From Sulfurimonas sp. (GTDB lineage Bacteria > Campylobacterota > Campylobacteria > Campylobacterales > Sulfurimonadaceae), in contig NZ_JAQTLY010000013.1 of the NCBI RefSeq assembly GCF_028714655.1, positions 1,906-65,905 of the forward strand: 64,000 nt of DNA. The letters are read 5' to 3'. The notes beneath the pieces are model-generated. The model searched no databases. It worked only from the letters and a program-made list of their open reading frames with translations, and was not told where the DNA came from. Shown here one piece after another: positions 58,193 through 64,000 of the stretch. A program made the translations under genes and the position numbers. Each line of letters opens with the position of its first letter. Within the stretch, counting starts at the first letter, position 1.

Positions 58193-59062
58193 TTACTTAA
58201 GTATTAAAGCCGGAAAGTAGGTATGGAGAGTAACTGCCGTCTGTGCCGAGATCTTTTTCATCAGTTTGTCTATCTTATCCTCTTCATTCCATTTCGGTTT
58301 AGTTACTCCGCTAAGCTCAATCAATTTATTCTTGGCATCATATGCAACTCCGATACTGTCGATGAGGCCGACATCTTTTGCTTGGTGAGCCGTAAATATA
58401 TGGGCATTTGCAAATGTATCTCTTTTGTTTATATCCAATCCTCTTGCAGCCGCAACATCAGAAGTAAAGAGGTCGTATGTTCCGTATATTACTTTATTTA
58501 ACTCATTTTTTTCATATTCAGTCCACTCTCTATCGCTCGCTCCGACTTTTTTGTATTTTCCTGCTTGAACGCTTTGGGATTTGACTCCTACTTTGTTCAT
58601 AAGCTCGCTTATATCGGCTCCTTGCATAATAACACCGATACTTCCGACCATAGAGCCGGGATTTGCGATTATCTCATTTGCCCAGATACTTGCATAGTAG
58701 CTTCCGCTTGCAATCGTTCCGCTCGCATATACAACAACGGGTTTTAGCTCTTTTGCTCTTTTTATGGCATAAGCAACCTCGATTGACGGTGCGACAGCTC
58801 CGCCGGGAGAGTCGACATTTAGTAAAATACCTTTTATAAATTTATTTGATGCTGCTTCATCAATCTGTTTTACTACCTCTGCAACTTCCATAATAGGACC
58901 GGAGAGGTTTATTTGCTGAAGATTGTTTTGTGTTAAATCATCATTGCTTTGCGGTGCAAAAATCAGAAAAACTATAAGTAAAAAAATCATAGCTTTAAAA
59001 TGATCTTGAATAAATTTCATTATCGCTAAAATCGGAGAAAATATATTTTTTATAGACTGCAT
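58193..59062 (-). CDS. sppA: Signal peptide peptidase SppA (36K type)
   Basis: VDSPGG, IASGSYY, GSIGV and GKYK. Confidence 0.93.
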   Translation of the reverse strand: MQSIKNIFSPILAIMKFIQDHFKAMIFLLIVFLIFAPQSNDDLTQNNLQQINLSGPIMEVAEVVKQIDEAASNKFIKGILLNVDSPGGAVAPSIEVAYAIKRAKELKPVVVYASGTIASGSYYASIWANEIIANPGSMVGSIGVIMQGADISELMNKVGVKSQSVQAGKYKKVGASDREWTEYEKNELNKVIYGTYDLFTSDVAAARGLDINKRDTFANAHIFTAHQAKDVGLIDSIGVAYDAKNKLIELSGVTKPKWNEEDKIDKLMKKISAQTAVTLHTYFPALILK

Positions 59063-60273
59063 TTTACTAATGTCCCATTAATGTAAATTTTTGAGATATT
59101 ATACCTATGAAGTATTAAATGAACGGCTAACTCATCGTTTGGTTCTTTGTCTAAATCAAGCACAATCATATCGGCATTTTTCCCATCGGCTATTGCTCCC
59201 GTATTGATTCCAAGCGCCTCGGCAGCATTAATTGTGACACTTTTTATAAGAGCATTTGCAAATTTCACAAGAGGAGCATTAGAGTGCATAAAAAGAGACA
59301 TTTTCATCTCTTCAAACAAATCAAGTTTATAGTTTGAACTAAGTCCGTCAGTTGCTACTATCCACCTTATATTATTGTCATTTAGCTTTTTGATATTTAG
59401 TGTAGCATTTCCTAAAAGTCTATTTGAAATAGGGCAATGAATGACTGTATGTCTATTTGAAGAGAGTTTTTTCAACTCTTCATCATTAGCTTTTACAACA
59501 TGTGTAAGAAGAGTGCTAAAACCGTCAAAATGCTCTAAAAACTCTTTTGAATCACTTACGGCAGAGTTTTGTTTTAAAAATTTTTCAAAAAATCCCTTAA
59601 AATCACCTTCGCTGCTATCAAGCCATTTTCTTTCAGCTTCACTTTCCATAAAGTGAGCCGTGAGTTTAAGATTTTCATTTTTTACTTTCTGGAGTGCTTT
59701 TTTTATTAAAATCGGATGAACCGAGTATGGCGAGTGAATAGCGACTGCGGGGTAAAATCCCTCTCTTTTAACACTTTTTGAAGCATCAAGCCTTGCTAAG
59801 AAATCGCCAAAAAGCGCATCTGCCATGGTTGCTTGCGAACCGATTAGCTCATTGAAAAAAACAACATTTTGAGGAGCATTTGCACAAACATTCAAATCCA
59901 TACCGTGCGAACTAATAGCACCGAATGTAGTAATTCCGGACTCCAACATAGAGTCAATAGCCTTTGCCATACACTTGTCATCGCATCCGTTTACAAGTTC
60001 CTCACGGTTTTCTATGACACTGTAAAGCCAAGAGACAAAATCTCCGTAAGAGAGTTCTGTTTTGTTTGCACTAAACTCTATATGCACATGAGCATTTATA
60101 AGACCGGGCATTAGAAGTGAATTCTTTTTTAGTTCTATCACCTCGGCATCCTTGAACTCTTCTTTTAGCTCTTCAAGCGGGGCAATTTTTCGAATAGTTT
60201 TGTCAAAGGCAACCGACATATTTGAGAGTAGTGTATCAGGCGTTAAAATATAGTTTGGAGTAATTATCTGCAT
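59050..60273 (-). CDS. mqnF: Amidohydrolase, probable aminofutalosine deaminase (futalosine menaquinone pathway)
   Basis: PGLINAHVHIEFS, HSPYS, HFMES, HCPISN and TDG; sppA-adjacent position matches Campylobacter. Confidence 0.72.
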   Translation of the reverse strand: MQIITPNYILTPDTLLSNMSVAFDKTIRKIAPLEELKEEFKDAEVIELKKNSLLMPGLINAHVHIEFSANKTELSYGDFVSWLYSVIENREELVNGCDDKCMAKAIDSMLESGITTFGAISSHGMDLNVCANAPQNVVFFNELIGSQATMADALFGDFLARLDASKSVKREGFYPAVAIHSPYSVHPILIKKALQKVKNENLKLTAHFMESEAERKWLDSSEGDFKGFFEKFLKQNSAVSDSKEFLEHFDGFSTLLTHVVKANDEELKKLSSNRHTVIHCPISNRLLGNATLNIKKLNDNNIRWIVATDGLSSNYKLDLFEEMKMSLFMHSNAPLVKFANALIKSVTINAAEALGINTGAIADGKNADMIVLDLDKEPNDELAVHLILHRYNISKIYINGTLVKCSL

Positions 60274-60361
60274 ATTTCATCTTTTTTTAGAATTTAGAAT
60301 AGATTATGCTTAATTTAGATAAAATAGCTCCTTAAAAATTGTAATTTTAAAAAGGCAGAGT

Positions 60362-60844
60362 ATGAAATTAGTAGTGATTCAAGGACCAAACTTAAATATG
60401 TTGGGAGTAAGAGAACAACAAGTTTACGGTTCAATGAAGTTAGAGCAGATACATTCGCAAATGAGAGATTTTGCAACTCAAAGCGGGATAGAGATAGAGT
60501 TTTTTCAAAGTAATTTTGAGGGTGAGTTAGTAGATAAAATTCAAGAGTGTTACGGAGACGCTAGCGGTATTATCATCAACGCAGCGGCATACACCCACAC
60601 ATCAATTGCTATCCGCGATGCAATTTCAGCCGTAAATCTTCCTACTATAGAGGTTCATATAAGCAATATTCATCGTCGAGAAGAGTTTAGAAAGCAAAAT
60701 ATGATTGCTCCCGTCTGTACATCTTCTATAGTAGGATTTGGTCCATTTGGGTATCATCTTGCAATGGTTGGAATGGTGCAAATTATGAATGAGATAAAAG
60801 CGGTTCAAGAGATGCAAAAACAGTCTCAAGCTGCCCAAGCATAG
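60362..60844 (+). CDS. aroQ: Type II 3-dehydroquinate dehydratase
   Basis: [32 protein letters not shown] and [11 protein letters not shown]. Confidence 0.96.
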   Translation: MKLVVIQGPNLNMLGVREQQVYGSMKLEQIHSQMRDFATQSGIEIEFFQSNFEGELVDKIQECYGDASGIIINAAAYTHTSIAIRDAISAVNLPTIEVHISNIHRREEFRKQNMIAPVCTSSIVGFGPFGYHLAMVGMVQIMNEIKAVQEMQKQSQAAQA

Positions 60845-60847
60845 GCT

Positions 60848-61336
60848 ATGTATATAAAGCGTAAATTGGATAAAAGTTTAGAAACTTTTAAAAATTTACG
60901 CGCAGATTATAAAAACTCCAAAGAGAGTTCGCATAGATATGTTGCTACTGTCGGAGTCGGCGGAAATGTCGGTGATGTAATGAGAAGATTTAACCGCTTA
61001 TACTCTTATTTGAAAAAAGACAAAAGGGTAGATTTGCTTCAGACATCGTTGATTTTAAAAAATCCTCCTTTTGGTTTTGTAAATCAAGATGATTTTTTTA
61101 ATTCAATAATTTTACTTGGGACAAATATGCAACCTAAAGTGTTTTTAGACTATTTGATGAGATTAGAGAAAAAATTTGCACGCAAAAGAAGCTTTGCGAA
61201 TGCTCCAAGGACGCTAGATTTGGATATTATTTTTTTTGATAACAGAGTTGTTAAAACGCCAAAACTTCAAATTCCGCATGCCGAGTGGTTTGAGAGAAAA
61301 AGTGTGCTGATACCGTTGATGGATATATATAGATGA
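60848..61336 (+). CDS. folK: 6-hydroxymethyl-7,8-dihydropterin pyrophosphokinase
   Basis: GVGGNVG, DFFNS, PRTLDLDII and IPH. Confidence 0.93.
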   Translation: MYIKRKLDKSLETFKNLRADYKNSKESSHRYVATVGVGGNVGDVMRRFNRLYSYLKKDKRVDLLQTSLILKNPPFGFVNQDDFFNSIILLGTNMQPKVFLDYLMRLEKKFARKRSFANAPRTLDLDIIFFDNRVVKTPKLQIPHAEWFERKSVLIPLMDIYR

Positions 61337-62604
61337 AGATATTGACTTTTACTGGAAAAACACCATCCGAGGCTCTCAAAAAAGCCAGATTAGACCCAAA
61401 TTATGAAAATATGCTTCATATCGACACAAAAGAGATTCAAAAAAAATCACTTGGGCGAGAGGCAATGTATGAGATAGTTATGGGCATAGAAACCGATACC
61501 GCGCACAATACATACCAAAAAACGAACGGCATACCAAAAGACGGCAAACCGCTTACCCAAAAAAGCGCCGATGTTTTATATGATATTTCTTATGCGGCAC
61601 AGCAAATCTCTAAAATTGCGGATGTTAGAGATCCTCTTCATGAGTATCAAGAACCTAAAACACAAACTGTTTTTGAGCCAAAAGAGCTAAAAGAGATAAA
61701 AGCAGAAATTGCAAAACTAGGCGATAAAGTCAAAATTATTCAAAATATGTTTTGGGATGAAAAAGCACCTGAGCTGGAGAGCCATATTCCCGCTGAGTTT
61801 GCGGAGATTTATCGTCTTGCTTCTCAAAGCGGGATGAATAGGGAACATCTTGATACGATTATGAGAATGACTCTGGAACATATGCCTTTTAGAATGAGAG
61901 AAAATTCGGAAACTATAAAAAGGTATTTTCAGACGCTTCTTAGAAAAATGGTGCCTGTCCGGTTGGAGAGCACGCCTTCGGTCGGGAACAAAAAAGTTAT
62001 GATGTTGGTCGGTCCAACCGGCGTCGGCAAAACAACTTCAGTGGCAAAATTAGCCGCAAGATATTCATATCTTATGCAAAAAAAATATAAAGTCGGTTTA
62101 GTCGTGTTAGATACTTATCGTATCGGTGCGGTTGAGCAGTTAATGCAGTACGCAAGAATGATGAAGTTAGGCATTGAAACGGTTGTGGACCCGATAGATT
62201 TTGCAAGTGCGCTTGACTCACTTAGATATTGTGATTATATTCTAATCGATACAATGGGATCAAGTCCGTATGACAAAACCAAAATAGAAAAAATTTATGA
62301 GTGTTTAGAGGGAAATGATACAAAATACAACATTGATGTCGTTTTGGTTATGCCGAGTTCCATCAAATATGAAGATTTAAAAGCTACATATGAAAACTTT
62401 TCAGCTCTCAATATAGACACCCTTATGTTTACAAAATTGGATGAGACTATAGGTTTTGGAAATATATTTTCCCTCTCCTATGAGACAAAAAAACCGATAA
62501 GTTATTTCTCGGTCGGGCAAGAAGTTCCGGAGGATTTGGTAAGTGCTAGCAGTGATTTTTTAGTAGAGTGCTTGTTAAACGGCTTCAATAGGAGTAAAAC
62601 ATGA
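61333..62604 (+). CDS. flhF: Flagellar biosynthesis GTPase FlhF
   Basis: GPTGVGKTTSVAKLAA, DTYRIGAVEQL, DTMG, TKLDET and GQEVPED. Confidence 0.95.
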   Translation: MKILTFTGKTPSEALKKARLDPNYENMLHIDTKEIQKKSLGREAMYEIVMGIETDTAHNTYQKTNGIPKDGKPLTQKSADVLYDISYAAQQISKIADVRDPLHEYQEPKTQTVFEPKELKEIKAEIAKLGDKVKIIQNMFWDEKAPELESHIPAEFAEIYRLASQSGMNREHLDTIMRMTLEHMPFRMRENSETIKRYFQTLLRKMVPVRLESTPSVGNKKVMMLVGPTGVGKTTSVAKLAARYSYLMQKKYKVGLVVLDTYRIGAVEQLMQYARMMKLGIETVVDPIDFASALDSLRYCDYILIDTMGSSPYDKTKIEKIYECLEGNDTKYNIDVVLVMPSSIKYEDLKATYENFSALNIDTLMFTKLDETIGFGNIFSLSYETKKPISYFSVGQEVPEDLVSASSDFLVECLLNGFNRSKT

Positions 62605-63476
62605 TAGGTCATCAGGCTCAAAAGCTAGAAGAACTTGTTTCATCTTCTTTACAAAAAAAATCTAAAAAAACCCGTTTTATTGCCGTAACAAGCGGAAAAG
62701 GCGGTGTCGGAAAGAGTACGATAAGCTCCAATCTGGCTTATGTTCTCTCTCTTGGCGGGCTTAATGTAGGTATTTTTGATGCCGATATCGGTCTTGCAAA
62801 TTTAGATGTGATGTTTAATGTAAAAATAAAGAAAAATATATTGCATGTACTAAAAGGCGAAGCGAGTGTTTCAGATATTTTGATTCCTATTACAAGAAAT
62901 CTTATACTTATTCCGGGCGAGAGCGGTGATGAGATACTAAAATATTCAGATAAAGCTTTATTTGAGAGATTTATGAGTGAAGCTGAAGTTTTAGATAAAC
63001 TAGATATCATGATAATAGACACGGGTGCGGGCATAGGTGAACATATACAGATGTTTTTAGATGCGGCGGATGATGTTATCGTCGTAACGGTACCGGATCC
63101 GGCGGCGATAACTGATGCGTATGCCACTATAAAAACAATTGCAACTTCTAGAAATGACATAAGTTTAATAATGAATCAGGTAAAAAGTGAAAAAGAGGCT
63201 ATAGCGGTATATGAGAAGATAAAAAAAGTAGCTTTGGCAAATATCGGAGATAAATTAAATTTAAAACTAATTGGAAAGATTAACAGCGATATTAAGGTTT
63301 CATCCTCGGTAAAACAGAGAGCACTTTTTGCCGTTTCATATCCGGGATCGGTGGTACACAAAGATATAGTCGATATAGCAAATGCAATTAATAAAAATTT
63401 GGAACGAGATGTGCTTGTTACACCTAGTGAGAGCGGGTTATCGGGGCTTTTTAGACGCTTGATAAAACATTTTTAA
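62601..63476 (+). CDS. flhG: Flagellar number regulator FlhG (MinD-like ATPase)
   Basis: TSGKGGVGKS, DADIGLANL, DTGAG and PDPAAITDAY. Confidence 0.94.
   Translation: MIGHQAQKLEELVSSSLQKKSKKTRFIAVTSGKGGVGKSTISSNLAYVLSLGGLNVGIFDADIGLANLDVMFNVKIKKNILHVLKGEASVSDILIPITRNLILIPGESGDEILKYSDKALFERFMSEAEVLDKLDIMIIDTGAGIGEHIQMFLDAADDVIVVTVPDPAAITDAYATIKTIATSRNDISLIMNQVKSEKEAIAVYEKIKKVALANIGDKLNLKLIGKINSDIKVSSSVKQRALFAVSYPGSVVHKDIVDIANAINKNLERDVLVTPSESGLSGLFRRLIKHF
63399..63416 (+). promoter_or_regulatory. Sigma54 promoter inside the 3' end of flhG, driving the downstream ORF and fliA
   Basis: TTGGAACGAGATGTGCTT, an exact GG-N10-GC with the same form as the flgP promoter. Confidence 0.7.
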
Positions 63477-63498
63477 ATCAAATTCGGGGCAGTTGTAA

Positions 63499-63828
63499 AT
63501 GTTAGGTGAAAATTTTGTATATTTCTTTACTGTTCAGGGTTTTTTTGTTGGGATAGTTTTCGGTGTGCTAAAATCATTCGATGCAGAGGGTTTGTTTATA
63601 TATACATTTTTTATAACTGCATTTTTTTACCTGTTTTCCCATATAATTATTGCATTTTATTATAGAACTGCTATCGGAAAACTTTATTTTTTTCCAAAAG
63701 AACTACATGAGAAGCAGCTTGACTTATTTGTAAACGAGATAAATAAACGAGAAAAACTAATAGATTCAGCTATAAAAATTACAGATATTGCAGTAAAGAC
63801 AAATGCTTTAGATGTTGGAAAAAAATAG
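63499..63828 (+). CDS. Conserved membrane protein between flhG and fliA (Cj0062c/HP1033-like)
   Basis: Two TMs; conserved position in the Campylobacterota flhF-flhG-orf-fliA operon. Confidence 0.75.
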   Translation: MLGENFVYFFTVQGFFVGIVFGVLKSFDAEGLFIYTFFITAFFYLFSHIIIAFYYRTAIGKLYFFPKELHEKQLDLFVNEINKREKLIDSAIKITDIAVKTNALDVGKK

Positions 63829-64000
63829 ATGATTACCGCATATACACAAGATCTTAAGCATAAAAAAGATGAACTGGCAATCCAGTATTTACCTGCCGTA
63901 AAAGCTATGGCATTTAGGCTAAAAGAAAGGCTTCCCAGCTCTATCGATTATATGGATTTATCGGCTATAGGGACTGAGGAACTTATAAAAGTAGCTCGCA
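63829..64000 (+). CDS. fliA: Flagellar sigma28 factor (5' part only; runs off the right edge)
   Basis: MITAYTQDLKHKKDELAIQYLPAVKAMAFRLKERLPSSIDYMDL, sigma28 region 2.1. Confidence 0.9.
   Translation, partial: MITAYTQDLKHKKDELAIQYLPAVKAMAFRLKERLPSSIDYMDLSAIGTEELIKVAR

Overview
This is a 64-kb chromosomal segment from an AT-rich Campylobacterota (epsilonproteobacterial) genome, most like Sulfurimonas. The assignment rests on protein families and on gene order shared with Campylobacter/Helicobacter (gyrA-flgP-flgQ-flgR-asd; lpxC-tsaB-thrB-ylxR-infB-rbfA-rimP-ribD; sppA-mqnF / aroQ-folK-flhF-flhG-orf-fliA). About 1-11 kb and 34-64 kb are housekeeping genes: haem, amino-acid and cofactor synthesis, gyrase, BamA, translation initiation, flagellar regulators and export, and two ammonium transporters with a P-II protein. 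About 11-34 kb is more variable. It holds an orphan TonB, a CDF metal exporter, an MCP and a diguanylate cyclase with related Cache sensors, an MNT/HEPN pair with an internally deleted toxin, and tRNA-Lys/tRNA-Glu. It also holds two paralogous Bat-type vWA/TPR/BatD modules (only one with MoxR and DUF58) flanking an atypical Fic gene and a TraT/CsgG-like/LPP20 lipoprotein trio. There is no CRISPR array, rRNA, integrase or transposase. The most interesting signals are: (1) a 17-bp palindrome, TGATTAA-N3-TTAATCA, at nearly the same distance from a sigma70 -10 box ahead of both amt genes; (2) a three-tier nested family of non-autonomous palindromic repeats (REP doublets, a TIR wrapper and a 25-bp loop insert); (3) the dual Bat and lipoprotein arrangement; (4) a 58-bp duplication of the flhB ribosome-binding site and start that creates a 30-codon upstream ORF; (5) a Fic protein with QFFFDGNKR in place of the catalytic His motif. 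All family assignments come from motif recognition by eye; no database searches were run.
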